A DNA stretch of 64,000 bases from Eledone cirrhosa (Eukaryota). Below the pieces are notes generated by a model. It saw only the letters and a program-made list of their open reading frames with translations. It did no database searches and was not told where the DNA came from. The position numbers were made by a program, and so were the translations under genes. Positions 25,277 to 38,877 of the stretch are shown piece after piece. Where the stretch lies: NCBI GenBank assembly GCA_964016885.1, contig OZ024742.1, positions 19,778,001 through 19,842,000 on the forward strand, in the 5' to 3' direction. Position 1 is the first letter of the stretch, and every line of letters begins with the position of its first letter.

Positions 25277-25301
25277 GGTAGTGGTGGTAGTGGTGGTGGT
25301 G

Positions 25302-25345
<44 letters not shown>

Positions 25346-25379
25346 GGTGGTAGCAGTGGTGGTGGTGGTGGTGGTAGTG

Positions 25380-25424
<45 letters not shown>

Positions 25425-25445
25425 TTGCTGGTGGTGGTGGTGGTG

Positions 25446-25479
<34 letters not shown>

Positions 25480-25493
25480 CAGTAGTAGTAGTA
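24863..25493. repeat. (GGT)n/(AGT)n compound microsatellite
   Basis: Seen directly. Confidence 0.95.
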
Positions 25494-25571
25494 TGAAACT
25501 ATCTGCTAGATATAGCAGTTCAATCTCCCTCAAATCGCAAGCGAACGTCTTATATATAAGGAAGTAACAAA

Positions 25572-25759
25572 ATGGATTGGCAGTGTCGGTAGAGGGTCGG
25601 ACGCCATGCTTTGACGCATAGAGTTACGGCCCTTGCAATTCTGAGTTCAAATCCCGCCGAGGTTAACTTTGCCTTTCATCCTTACGGGGTCGATAAAATA
25701 AATTACCAGTAATGCACTGGGTAATTTCTGGCCTTGTGCCAATAGTAGAAACAATTATT
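25572..25759 (+). mobile_element. Type 1 SINE
   Basis: A/B boxes and central domain are present. Confidence 0.92.
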
Positions 25760-26224
25760 TCTGCTAGGAGATTACCTCTATGTGGACACTCTCCCTGCTA
25801 GAAATAGCAGCTGATTTGCATTAATTGAAAGTAAATATACATTGGATAGTATAGTTCTAAGATATAGATGACATGAGAGTCACGGCTGGAACGTCCTTGA
25901 TGATAACACAGCAAACACTTCCACCACCACCACCACCACTAACACTGCTACCAATATCACTACCACCTCTAACACTACCACCTCTAACACTACCACCACT
26001 AACACTGCTACCACCACCACCTCTAACACTACCACCAATATCACTACCACCACTATCACTGCTACCACCACCACCTCTAACACTACCACCACCACCACTA
26101 CCACCACTAATACTGCTACCACCACCACCACCAAAGCAACTACCACCACTACCAACACAACTACCACCACTATCAACACCACTGACAGCAAAACAACCAC
26201 AAGTCATGGAGGTAGTTTTAGATC

Positions 26225-29200
26225 TAGTGGTTGTGGTGCTGGTGGTAGTAATGGTTGTGGTGGTGGTAGTAGTGGTTGTGGTGCTGGTGGTAGTAATGGT
26301 TGTGGTGGCTTTAGTAGTGGTTGTGGTGCTGGTGGTAGTAATGGTTGTGGTGGTGGTGGTAGTGGTTGTGGTGCTGGTGGTAGTAATGGTTGTGGTGGTG
26401 GTGGTAGTGGTTGTGGTGCTGGTGGTAGTAATGGTTGTGGTGCTGGTGGTAGTAATGGTTGTGGTGGTGGTAGTAGTGGTTGTGGTACTGGTGGTAGTAA
26501 TGGTTGTGGTGCTGGTGGTAGTAATGGTTGTGGTGCTGGTGGTAGTAATGGTTGTGGTGGTTGTGGTGCTGGTGATAGTAGTGGTTGTGGTACAGGTGAT
26601 AGTAGTGGTTGTGGTGCTGGTGGTACTAATGGTTGTGGTGGTGGTAGTAGTGGTTGTGGTACTGGTGGTAGTAATGGTTGTGGTGGTGGTAGTAGTGGTT
26701 GTGGTGCTGGTGGTAGTAATGGTTGTGGTGGTGGTAGTAGTGGTTGTGGTGCTGGTGGTAGTAATGGTTGTGGTGGTGGTGGTAGTGGTTGTGGTGCTGG
26801 TGGTAGTAATGGTTGTGGTGGTGGTGGTAGTGGTTGTGGTGCTGGTGGTAGTAATGGTTGTGGTGCTGGTGGTAGTAATGGTTGTGGTGGTGGTAGTAGT
26901 GGTTGTGGTACTGGTGGTAGTAATGGTTGTGGTGCTGGTGGTAGTAATGGTTGTGGTGCTGGTGGTAGTAATGGTTGTGGTGGTTGTGGTGCTGGTGATA
27001 GTAGTGGTTGTGGTACAGGTGATAGTAGTGGTTGTGGTGATGGTGGTAGTAATGGTTGTGGTGGTGGTAGTAGTGCTTGTGGTACTGGTGGTAGTAATGG
27101 TTGTGGTGGTGGTAGTAGTGGTTGTGGTGCTGGTGGTAGTAATGGTTGTGGTGGTGGTAATAGTGGTTGTGGTACTGGTGGTAGTAATGGTTTTGGTGGT
27201 GGTAGTAGTGGTTGTGGTACTGGTGGTAGTAATGGTTGTGGTGCTGGTGGTAGTAATGGTTGTGGTGCTGGTGGTAGTAATGGTTGTGGTGCTGGTGGTA
27301 GTAATGGTAGTGGTGCTGGTGGTAGTAATGGTAGTGGTGCTGGTGGTAGTAATGGTTGTGGTGCTGGTGGTAGTAATGGTTGTGGTGCTGGTGGTAGTAA
27401 TGGTTGTGGTGGTGGTAGTAGTGGTCGTGGTGCTGGTGATAGTAGTGGTTGTGGTACTGGTGGTAGTAATGGTTGTGGTGGTGGTAGTAGTGGCTGTGGT
27501 GCTGGTGGTAGTAATGGTTTTGGTGGTGGTAGTAGTGGTTGTGGTACTGGTGGTAGTAATGGTTGTGGTGCTGGTGGTAGTAATGGTTGTGGTGCTGGTG
27601 GTAGTAATGGTTGTGGTGCTGGTGGTAGTAATGGTAGTGGTGCTGGTGGTAGTAATGGTAGTGGTGCTGGTGGTAGTAATGGTTGTGGTGCTGGTGGTAG
27701 TAATGGTTGTGGTGCTGGTGGTAGTAATGGTTGTGGTGGTGGTAGTAGTGGTCGTGGTGCTGGTGATAGTAGTGGTTGTGGTACTGGTGGTAGTAATGGT
27801 TGTGGTGGTGGTAGTAGTGGCTGTGGTGCTGGTGGTAGTAATGGTTGTGGTGGTGGTAGTAGTGGTTGTGGTGCTTGTGGTAGTAATGGTTGTGGTGGTG
27901 GTAGTAGTGGCGGTGGTGCTGGTGGTAGTAATGGTTGTGGTGGTGGTAGTAGTGGTTGTGGTGCTGGTGGTAGTAATGGTTGTGGTGGTGGTAGTAGTGG
28001 TTGTGGTGGTGCTAGTAGTGGCGGTGGTGCTGGTGGTAGTAATGGTTGTGGTGGCTTTAGTAGTGGTTGTGGTGCTGGTGGCAGTAATGGTTGTGGTGGC
28101 TTTAGTAGTGGTTGTGGTGCTGGTGGTAGTAATGGTTGTGGTGGCTTTAGTAGTGGTTGTGGTGCTGGTGGTAGTAATGGTTGTGGTGGTGGTAGTAGTG
28201 GTTGTGGTGCTGGTGGTAGTAATGGTTGTGGTGGTGGTAGTAGTGGTTGTGGTGCTGGTGGTAGTAATGGTTGTGGTGGTGGTAGTAGTGGTTGTGGTAC
28301 TGGTGGTAGTAATGGTTGTGGTGGTGGTAGTAGTGGCTGTGGTGCTGGTGGTAGTAATGGTTGTGGTGGTGGTAGTAGTGGTTGTGGTGCTTGTGGTAGT
28401 AATGGTTGTGGTGGTGGTAGTAGTGGCGGTGGTGCTGGTGGTAGTAATGGTTGTGGTGGTGGTAGTAGTGGCTGTGGTGCTGGTGGTAGTAATGGTTGTG
28501 GTGGTGGTAGTAGTGGTTGTGGTGCTGGTGGTAGTAGTGGTTGTGGTACTGGTGGTAGTAATGGTTGTGGTGGTGGTAGTAGTGGCTGTGGTGCTGGTGG
28601 TAGTAATGGTTGTGGTGGTGGTAGTAGTGGTTGTGGTGCTTGTGGTAGTAATGGTTGTGGTGGTGGTAGTAGTGGCGGTGGTGCTGGTGGTAGTAATGGT
28701 TGTGGTGGTGGTAGTAGTGGTTGTGGTGCTGGTGGTAGTAATGGTTGTGGTGGTGGTAGTAGTGGTTGTGGTGGTGCTAGTAGTGGCGGTGGTGCTGGTG
28801 GTAGTAATGGTTGTGGTGGCTTTAGTAGTGGTTGTGGTGCTGGTGGTAGTAATGGTTGTGGTGGCTTTAGTAGTGGTTGTGGTGCTGGTGGTAGTAATGG
28901 TTGTGGTGGATTTAGTAGTGGTTGTGGTGCTGGTGGTAGTAATGGTTGTGGTGGTGGTAGTAGTGGTTGTGGTGCTGGTGGTAGTAATGGTTGTGGTGGT
29001 GGTAGTAGTGGTTGTGGTGCTGGTGGTAGTAATGGTTGTGGTGGTGGTAGTAGTGGTTGTGGTACTGGTGGTAGAAATGGTTGTTGTGGTGGTAGTAGTG
29101 GCTGTGGTGCTGGTGGTAGTAATGGTTGTGGTGGTGGTAGTAGTGGTTGTGGTGCTTGTGGTAGTAATGGTTGTGGTGGTGGTAGTAGTGGCGGTGGTGC

Positions 29201-32200
29201 TGGTGGTAGTAATGGTTGTGGTGGTGGTAGTAGTGGCTGTGGTGCTGGTGGTAGTAATGGTTGTGGTGGTGGTAGTAGTGGTTGTGGTGCTGGTGGTAGT
29301 AATGGTTGTGGTGGCTTTAGTAGTGGTTGTGGTGCTGGTGGTAGTAATGGTTGTGGTGGCTTTAGTAGTGGTTGTGGTGCTGGTGGTAGTAATGGTTGTG
29401 GTGGTGGTGGTAGTGGTTGTGGTGCTGGTGGTAGTAATGGTTGTGGTGGTGGTGGTAGTAATGGTTGTGGTGGTGGTAGTAGTGGTTGTGGTGCTGGTGG
29501 TAGTAATGGTTGTGGTGGTGGTAGTAGTGGTTGTGGTGCTGGTGGTAGTAATGGTTGTGGTGGTGGTGGTAGTGGTTGTGCTGCTGGTGGTAGTAATGGT
29601 TGTGGTGGTGGTGGTAGTGGTTGTGGTGCTGGTGGAAGTAATGGTTGTGGTGCTGGTGGTAGTAATGGTTGTGGTGCTGGTGGTAGTAATGGTTGTGGTG
29701 CTGGTGGTAGTAATGGTTGTGGTGGTGGTGGTAGTGGTTGTGGTGCTGGTAGTAGTGGTTGTGGTACTGGTGGTAGTAATGGTTGTGGTGCTGGTGGTAG
29801 TAATGGTTGTGGTGCTGGTGGTAGTAATGGTTGTGGTGGTGGTAGTAGTGGTTGTGGTGCTGGTGATAGTAGTGGTTGTGGTACTGGTGATAGTAGTGGT
29901 TGTGGTGCTGGTGGTAGTAATGGTTGTGGTGGTGGTAGTAGTGGTTGTGGTACTGGTGGTAGTAATGGTTGTGGTGGTGGTAGTAGTGGTTGTGGTGCTG
30001 GTGGTAGTAATGGTTGTGGAGGTGGTAGTAGTGGCTGTGGTACTGGTGGTAGTAATGGTTGTGGTAGTGGTAGTAGTGGTTGTGGTACTGGTGGTAGTAA
30101 TGGTTGTGGTGGTGGTAGTAGTGGTTGTGGTACTGGTGGTAGTAATGGTTGTGGTGCTGGTGGTAGTAATGGTTGTGGTGCTGGTGGTAGTAATGGTTGT
30201 GGTGCTGGTGGTAGTAATGGTAGTGGTGCTGGTGGTAGTAATGGTAGTGGTGCTGGTGGTAGTAATGGTTGTGGTGCTGGTGGTAGTAATGGTTGTGGTG
30301 CTGGTGGTAGTAATGGTTGTGGTGGTGGTAGTAGTGGTTGTGGTGCTGGTGATAGTAGTGGTTGTGGTACTGGTGGTAGTAATGGTTGTGGTGGTGGTAG
30401 TAGTGGCTGTGGTGCTGGTGGTAGTAATGGTTGTGGTGGTGGTAGTAGTGGTTGTGGTGCTTGTGGTAGTAATGGTTGTGGTGGTGGTAGTAGTGGCGGT
30501 GGTGCTGGTGGTAGTAATGGTTGTGGTGGTGGTAGTAGTGGTTGTGGTGCTGGTGGTAGTAATGGTTGTGGTGGTGGTAGTAGTGGTTGTGGTGGTGCTA
30601 GTAGTGGCGGTGGTGCTGGTGGTAGTAATGGTTGTGGTGGCTTTAGTAGTGGTTGTGGTGCTGGTGGTAGTAATGGTTGTGGTGGCTTTAGTAGTGGTTG
30701 TGGTGCTGGTGGTAGTAATGGTTGTGGTGGCTTTAGTAGTGGTTGTGGTGCTGGTGGTAGTAATGGTTGTGGTGGCTTTAGTAGTGGTTGTGGTGCTGGT
30801 GGTAGTAATGGTTGTGGTGGTGGTGGTAGTGGTTGTGGTGCTGGTGGTAGTAATGGTTGTGGTGGTGGTGGTAGTAATGGTTGTGGTGGTGGTAGTAGTG
30901 GTTGTGGTGCTGGTGGTAGTAATGGTTGTGGTTGTGGTAGTAGTGTTTGTGGTGCTGGTGGTTGTAATGGTTGTGGTGGTGGTAGTAGTGGTTGTGGTAC
31001 TGGTGGTAGTAATGGTTGTGGTGGTGGTAGTAGTGGTTGTGGTGCTGGTGGTAGTAATGGTTGTGGTGCTGGTGGTAGTAATGGTTGTGGTGGTGGTAGT
31101 AGTGGTTGTGGTGCTGGTGGTAGTAATGGTTGTGGTGGTGGTAGTAGTGGTTGTGGTACTGGTGGTAGTAGTGGTTGTGGTGCCGGTGATAGTAGTGGTT
31201 GAGGTGCTGGTGGTAGTAATGGATGTGGTGGTGGTAGTAGTGGTTGTGGTACTGGTGGTAGTAATGGTTGTGGTGCTGGTGGTAGTAATGGTTGTGGTGG
31301 TGGTAGTAGTGGTTGTGGTGCTGGTGGTAGTAATGGTTGTGGTGCCGGTGGTAGTAATGGTTGTGGTGCCGGTGGTAGTAATGGTTGTGGTGCCGGTGGT
31401 AGTAATGGTTATGGTGCTGGTGGTAGTAATGGTAGTGGTGCCGCTGGTAGTAATGGTTGTGGTGCCGGTGGTAGTAATGGTTGTGGTGCCGGTGGTAGTA
31501 ATGGTTGTGGTGGTGGTGGTAGTAATGGTAGTGGTGCTGGTGGTAGTAATGGTTGTGGTGCTGGTGGTAGTAATGGTAGTGGTGCTGGTGGTAGTAATGG
31601 TTGTGGTGGTCGTGGAAGTAATGGTTGTGGTGCCGGTGGTAGTAATGGTTGTGGTGCTGGTGGTAGTAATGGTTGTGGTGCTGGTGGTAGTAATGGTAGT
31701 GGTGCTGGTGGTAGTAATGGTTGTGGTGGTCGTGGTAGTTGTGGTACTGGTGGTCGTGGTAGTTGTGGTACTGGTGGTAGTGGTGGTAGTAATGGTTGTG
31801 GTGGTCGTGGTAGTTGTGGTACTGGTGGTCGTGGTAGTTGTGGTACTGGTGGTAGTGGTGGTAGTAATGGTTGTGGAGGTCGTGGTAGTTGTGGTACTGG
31901 TGGTCGTGGTAGTTGTGGTACTGGTGGTAGTGGTGGTAGTAATGGTTGTGGTGGTCGTGGTAGTTGTGGTACTGGTGGTAGTGGTGGTAGTAATGGTTGT
32001 GGTGGTAGTGGTAGTGGTACTGGTGGTCGTGGTAGTTGTGGTACTGGTGGTAGTGGTGGTAGTAATGGTTGTGGTGGTCGTGGTAGTTGTGGTACTGGTG
32101 GTCGTGGTAGTTGTGGTACTGGTGGTAGTGGTGGTAGTAATGGTTGTGGTGGTAGAGGTAGTGGTACTGGTGGTCGTGGTAGTTGTGGTACTGGTGGTAG

Positions 32201-32212
32201 TGGTGCTGGTAG
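26225..32212. repeat. ~6-kb (GTN)n minisatellite with 24/33-bp units (GTGGTGCTGGTGGTAGTAATGGTT)
   Basis: Seen directly, with internal block duplications. It is open as poly-Val (+) and poly-Thr (-). Confidence 0.95.
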
Positions 32213-32524
32213 AAATTTCTTCCAGCCAACAAAATTCCTGCAGTCGTACAGAAACATTCACACACACATACACACGCACACACATACACACACACGCACA
32301 CACATACATACACATACACACACGCACACGCGCACACACATGCACACACGCACACATTCACACACATGCACACACACACACACACACACATTCACACAAA
32401 CACACACACACACACACATGCACACTATCACCTTCACACACACACCTGTCTGCACATATATCAAGGTACACACACTTACACAGATATATATACATATATA
32501 AATATATATGTATCACACTCTCTT

Positions 32525-32571
<47 letters not shown>

Positions 32572-33442
32572 GTGTGTGTGTGCGTGCGCGCGCGTGTGTG
32601 TGTGTGTGTGTGTGTGTGTAGTATAGGTATATAGATAGATGTGTTGAGAGAGAGAAAAATAGAAAGACAGACAGCAGGAAAAAAAGAGCGAGAGGGAGAG
32701 AGACCTCCCACACAGACGTACAAGGATATAGAGACCTCACACATAGACACAACATACACACAGCATACACACACACATATATGCACACACACAGACACAG
32801 CATACACACACACACAGACACACATACACGCACGCACACACACACACACACACACGTAGACACACACACAGACACACGTAAGCGGACGGTAGCAGCACAA
32901 AACAGCTTTTGTCTGCTGTTACTGCTACGGTTGCTTTTGTAACTCTGCTGATCACGTTGATGATGATGATGGTAATAGTGGTGGTGGCGGTGGTGGTGCT
33001 AAAAGTTAACAGGGGTTGGCTAGGAATGTGTTGTTAATGGTAATGTGGAGATGGTGGTGGTGGTGGTGGTAATGTTGTAGGAGATGGTGGCGGTGGAGGT
33101 AGTGGCGGTGACGGTGCTGTTGTTGGTAGTGGTGATGGTGGAGGTAGTGGCGGTGTTGGTGGTGGTAGTGGTGATGGTGTTGGTGGCGATGGAGGTAGTG
33201 GCGGTGTTGGTGGTGGTGGTGTTGGTAGTGCTGGAGGCGGCGGTGGCAAAGTCAGTGGAGGTAGTGATGTGATTGTGATGGCGTTGGTGGTGGTGGTGGC
33301 GGTGGAGGTAATCGTGTTAGTGGTGGTGGTGGTGGTGGTGGTGGTGGCGGTGGCGGCGGCGGTGGCGGTGCGTAATGTTTGCACTTTGTGAACTGGGTCA
33401 GTCAGGCACGTGTTTGGAAATCCTAACTCAAGGCCACTCACG

Positions 33443-33519
<77 letters not shown>

Positions 33520-33948
33520 TACTGACGTACACACGTACACACACACAAGTTTACATTCACTCTTTACAGATAAACGTAGAGAGTTATAAACAAACAAAAC
33601 ACTTACATACATACCTACATATACACACCTACATACATACCTACATATACACACCTACATACATACGTACATATACACACCTACATATATACACATACAT
33701 ACATACCTACATATACACACCTACATACATACGTACATATACACACCTACATACATACCTACATATATACACATACATACATACCTACATATACACACAA
33801 ACATACACATACATACATACCTACAGATATATATCATATAGATATATATAATATACATATATATATATATATATATATACAGAGAAAGAGAGAGAGGGGG
33901 AGATAGAGCGAGAGAGTTGGAGAGAAGAGATACTAATAAACAGATACT

Positions 33949-34047
<99 letters not shown>

Positions 34048-34051
34048 TTAC

Positions 34052-34089
<38 letters not shown>

Positions 34090-35006
34090 GGAGAGATATT
34101 AATAGACACACATACACACACAGATATATACATGCACAGATACATATACATACATACACAGATACATATACATACATACACAACTAAATCTGGTTCACGT
34201 CTGTAGACTTGTTCTGTACGATATGTCTGTGTGTCGGTGTATATATATATATGTGTGTGTCTATCTGTGCGTATATGTCTGTGTCTGTGTGTATGCATGT
34301 ATGTGTGTGTGTGTACATGTTTGTCTGGGTATATGTGTATATATATGAATATATATGTGTATATATATATATGTCTATCTGTGCGTATATGTCTGTATCT
34401 GTGTGTATGTTTGTATGTGTGTGTGTGTGTACATGTTTGTCTGGGTATATGTGTATATATATGTGTATATATATATATATGTCTATATATAAATGTGTTT
34501 GTGTATTTGCAGCTCTGTGTGTATATATATATGTGTGTGTGTGTATGTGCATGTGAACATGTATATATATATATATATGTGTGTGTAAGTGTGAGTGAGT
34601 GTGTAACCTTCGCACATTCTTCATTGCTCTCTTCTTTCCTTCAGTTGAAGGAGGAGGAGTAAGGAGAACTCTCTCTCCCTCTTTCTTTCTCTTTCACTTT
34701 CTCTTTCTCTCTCTCTCGTTCTTTTTTTGTCACTCTCTCTCACTTTCTTTTTTTGTCACTCTCTCTTCCTCTCTCTCTTTCTCTTTTTGTCATGCTTTCT
34801 CCCTCTCTCTCTTTCTCTTTTTGTCACTCTTTCTCTTTCTCTCTTTTTGTCTCTCCCTCCTCTCTCTTTCTCATTCTCTCACTCACTCCCTCTCCCCCCT
34901 TCTCTCTCTCTCTCCATATTTAACCCTATCACTCCAGACTGTCGGTCCTTGACAGAAAGACAAGTTCATTGACACAACACAATGGATGTCCTTGAGGCCA
35001 ATAAGC

Positions 35007-35762
35007 ATCACCACCACCACCATCACCAACAAAAATAACAACAGCAAGAACACCACCAATAACAACACCACCATCACCATCACCAACAACAACACCACCA
35101 ATAACAACATGACCACTACCACCATCACCAACAACATCACCACCACCACCAACAACAACACCACCACCACCAACAACAACAACACCACCACCACCACCAA
35201 CAACAACAACACCACCAACAACAACACCACCACCACCACAAATAACAACACCACCACCAACAACAACATCACCACCACCAACAACAACAACAACACCACC
35301 AACAACAACACCACCACCACCACCACCAACAACAACACCACCACCACCACAAATAACAACACCACCACCACCATCAATAACAACACCACCACCAACAACA
35401 ACACCCCATCACCAACATCAACAACACCACCAACAACAACAACAACAACACCCCATCACCAACAACAACAACAACGCCACCAACAACAACAACATCACCA
35501 CCACCACCAACAACAACAACATCACCACCACCACCACCAACAACAACATCACCACCACCACCAACAACAACACCCCATCACCACCACCACCACCACCACC
35601 ACCAACAACACCACCACCACCACCAACACGATTTTCATTGTCATTATCACAAACAACATCATCACCAGCATCATTATCATTATCATCACCATTATCATGG
35701 TTGCTACAACCCCCACCGTCATCAACACCCCCCACCATCATCAACACCCCCTCATCATCATC
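35007..35762. repeat. (CAA)/(CAC)/(CAT) array
   Basis: Seen directly. Confidence 0.95.
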
Positions 35763-36021
35763 ACGCCTGAAGTGGTTTGTTATGATGGCAATATTAATGC
35801 CGGAGGGAAAAAACATCTACAATAAGAGTCGAAAGAATCCAGGTATTCACTGATAGAATCGATACTGCTAGACACTACTTGGACGATCGATATCGTCAAA
35901 CGTAATCGAAATCATTGTGATTTCTAGTTGACAGCTGCGGAAGAGAATATACTTGTCCACCCCAAGGATGGTCGCCTCCCAAGTCAAGCTACACTGAACG
36001 AAATTATTAAGTATTGGTCGA

Positions 36022-36187
36022 GTTGGACGCTATGCTTTGATGCATAGAGTTACGGCCCTTGGCATTCTGAGTTCAAAACCCGCCGAGGTTAACTTTGCCT
36101 TTCGTCCTTAAGGGGTCAATAAAATAAAGTACTAGTAATGTACTGGGTAATTGCTGGCCTTGTGCCTAAAGTAGAAACAATTATTAA
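36022..36187 (+). mobile_element. Type 1 SINE, 5'-truncated
   Basis: GAGTTCAAAACCCGCCGAGGTTAACTTTGCC...AGTAGAAACAATTA. Confidence 0.88.
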
Positions 36188-36504
36188 GCGTGGCTTGGAC
36201 GCTACTAGATTTCCACCACAGCTCGTACAGGTGCAGATGAGCTAACGGGTGGCATAAGGTCAGATGGCATCTCCCTCACCATCCTTCCGGGAAACGTCTT
36301 CTCTGTCCTGTCCGCCGGGGCTGCGGCTCGGCCAACGCATGGGCCCCCGTTTGCTTATAATAGTGAGAGATGGAGAGAACAAGAGAGACGGAGACAGAGA
36401 CTATAAGCTGTTTAGTCATCATATTTCAATGATTATAGAACTCGTTACCTATCCTACCAAGTGTTAAACTAATATATATCACCATAACACAACACAATGA
36501 TTTT

Positions 36505-37050
36505 AATATCTCAGTTTGGTAAACCACTTTGGAGTTACGATCATAACGTCGTGGGTTCGGCTCCTTGACTCAGTTGTATATTGGGTTCTTGAGAAAAACA
36601 CTTCATTTCACTTTGTTGCAGTATACTCATTGCTGGATTTACCATTGTCCTTAGGAGTGCTTAAGCATAGGGCCCTGTTGGCCAGGGGGGGCCATCTTCT
36701 TACCAACAAAAAGTTTTACGATGAATTTTTCAAATATATTTCAAATGTCAAGTTTCCTCAGCATGAAGTGAAATAAATATTCATTGACTTTACACTGACT
36801 GCCTCTGTAGGCCTACCGGACCTACCTCCTTCAGGGCCCAAGTAAGGGTCCTCATAACCAACACAGAGCCTCATTTGCCCTAAATCCGGTACTAAATATA
36901 CTAAGCTGAAAATAAGTAGCAGCAGTAACTGGAGGTGGGGGAGTTAACACGGCGATGGACTAACGTCATGTCCAGCGGGGGTTGTACTCTCAGTCATTTA
37001 ACGCCGCGGAAACCGAAATAAGCATGGGCTTGAGACAGACTTTAAACCCC
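36505..37050 (+). mobile_element. Old type 2 (CORE) SINE interrupted by a hAT-like MITE
   Basis: Head and CORE at 36505-36627 (TTCTTGAGAAAAACACTT). The 3' part at 36903-37050 (GCGATGGACTAACG...GGAAACCGAAATAAGC) matches the reverse complement of 60867-61000. Confidence 0.65.
36628..36894. mobile_element. hAT-like MITE with 8-bp TSD
   Basis: TIRs CATTGCTGGATTTA / TAAATCCGGTACTA. TSD AGTATACT / AATATACT. Confidence 0.75.
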
Positions 37051-37196
37051 TCATCATGACGTGGCGTGCAGCAGCCGTATCTTGGTTGAAGTATAGACTG
37101 TTTAAGTTTCTTGTTGAGCCTAGAGTGGTGGAGATTTCTGGTTAACCAGGTGAGCCTAGTGAGTTGGAATGGTTCCTTCGATGTATCTCCCTAGCT

Positions 37197-37729
37197 TAGG
37201 GTTGGGTTTAGACCTTGTGGGCGGGGGTGGGGATCATACACAACATTTAGAATACACAGCAACACCCCCCTCCCATCCCTCAATTTTACCTATCAAAGTT
37301 AGCTTGGTGCAAGTAATTGGAATTGAAAAGTCATATATACAGGTATTGTGAAGGCGCATGGCTTAGTGGTTAGAGCATTGGGCTTACAATCAAAAGGTTG
37401 TAAGTTCAATTCTCGGACCGGGTGATGTGTTGTTTCCTTGAGCAAGACACTTTATTTTACGTTGCTCCAGTTTACGTAGCTGTAGAAATGAGATGATAGG
37501 ACTGGGGTCCCTATTATTAAATCACCCAAGACACCTCCGACGAGATATACCTTGGAGGAGGCCAGCTAAACTTGCATAGGTGTCAGCTGTAACAACAACA
37601 ACAACATATACAGGTATTAAATTCAAAAATTCTAACCAACCTAAAACTAAAAAGCCCAGCTGAGGGCACAAAGAAATTGCCCTGGCCGTCTCTTGTAGGG
37701 CCCCATTGCCCCCATTAAGTCCGGCTCTG
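37197..37729. mobile_element. hAT-like MITE (same family as 46351-46646) interrupted by a SINE
   Basis: Colinear with 46351-46646 once 37348-37618 is removed. Confidence 0.8.
37348..37605 (+). mobile_element. Type 2 (CORE) tRNA SINE with (AAC)n tail and 13-bp TSD
   Basis: TGGCTTAGTGG, GTTCAATTC and CCTTGAGCAAGACACTT. TSD ATATACAGGTATT on both sides. Confidence 0.9.
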
Positions 37730-37946
37730 CTCTCACTATTCTCTGGGACAGCGCTTTCTCTAATCTGTTTGTTGGGACCATGAGGCGGTATACGCCTGAA
37801 GTGATATACGTCAGGGAGAACAAACATGGAGAGGGTGCTTGACAACCTTTTATCGATTGGCTTGTGGTGCTCCTGTGGGCCACTACATAAAAAGAAACAG
37901 GCTTACCCAAAGCACTACAAAGTTAAATATAGATACTTCTAATTAT

Positions 37947-38177
37947 CCCTGTAGCATTTAAACCGGCCGTATCCGGCCAGAATTCTCTTATCTCTTTTCT
38001 GTTCAAAACGGTCATAATCGGCTGCTCATACTCATGTTAAGGTATTATTCTCAAAATATATGATATCAAAATCTTGTAGGTTCGATATAATGTGTGATCA
38101 TTATGTAAGATAAAGTGTTTACTGTGAAAATACAATATTTACAATAGTAAATATAGAGTAATGTAAATGCTAAAGGG
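37947..38177. mobile_element. piggyBac-like MITE
   Basis: TIRs CCCTGTAGCATTTA / TAAATGCTAAAGGG, flanked by TTAT on both sides. Confidence 0.65.
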
Positions 38178-38294
38178 TTATACACGCAACCAGTAATTAA
38201 AATCTGTATTCACTAGCTACTAATAAGTATTGGTTTCTGATTAAGGAAGAAGGTCAATAATTTCGGGGTAAGGGTAAGACGATTAGCGCTTTTC

Positions 38295-38432
38295 TGGTAC
38301 TTTATTTTATCGACACCGTAAGGATGAAAGGCAAAGTTAACCTCGGCGGGATTTGAACTCAGAACGTAAAGGGCCGTATCTCTATGCTGCAAAGCATATT
38401 GTCCGATGCTCTACCCATACTGCCAATCCACC
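38295..38432 (-). mobile_element. Type 1 SINE, partial
   Basis: Central domain and head are present. Confidence 0.85.
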
Positions 38433-38571
38433 AGCCTTCCTACTAATAAATAATAAACGATCTTTCCTTTAATTTTTAGTTACCAGATTTCATACCGATG
38501 AGACTCACGATATAGGTTAGGCATACCTGCAGTAGCACCTCCACCAGACTCGGCTATGGGCTCCTTTGCAC

Positions 38572-38605
<34 letters not shown>

Positions 38606-38609
<4 letters not shown>

Positions 38610-38860
38610 GAAGTTATATTTAATTTGTTGGGATTCCAACAAACTTAAAAGTTTATAACTGATATAGAGCACTCAACAGAAACAGGAGTAAATATTCAAT
38701 ATATTAAATGGAAACTATATTTATATAACCATAATTATTTTATTATATATATTTCAAGGGCAACCAAGGCAACCATGGTGCGCTTTCATCAGATAAAATA
38801 CAAAATTTGTTTTATAAATAGTGACATAATCGTGGAAAACAACCTTGACGGTTGAAAATG
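38606..38860 (-). mobile_element. H1-family hammerhead element
   Basis: Homologous to 16030-16170 and 57546-57830. Its 3' end abuts (TA)n. Confidence 0.8.
38736..38800 (-). ncRNA. Type I hammerhead ribozyme (family H1)
   Basis: Minus strand: TATTTTAT-CTGATGA-AAG...CTT-GAAA-TATATA-TA-ATAAAATA. Confidence 0.88.
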
Positions 38861-38877
38861 TATGAACATATTGTATA

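Noticed and set aside
25873-32634. 2253-aa poly-Val ORF
   Set aside because: It is a by-product of (GTN)n repeats that cannot contain stops in that frame, and it runs into CA microsatellite.
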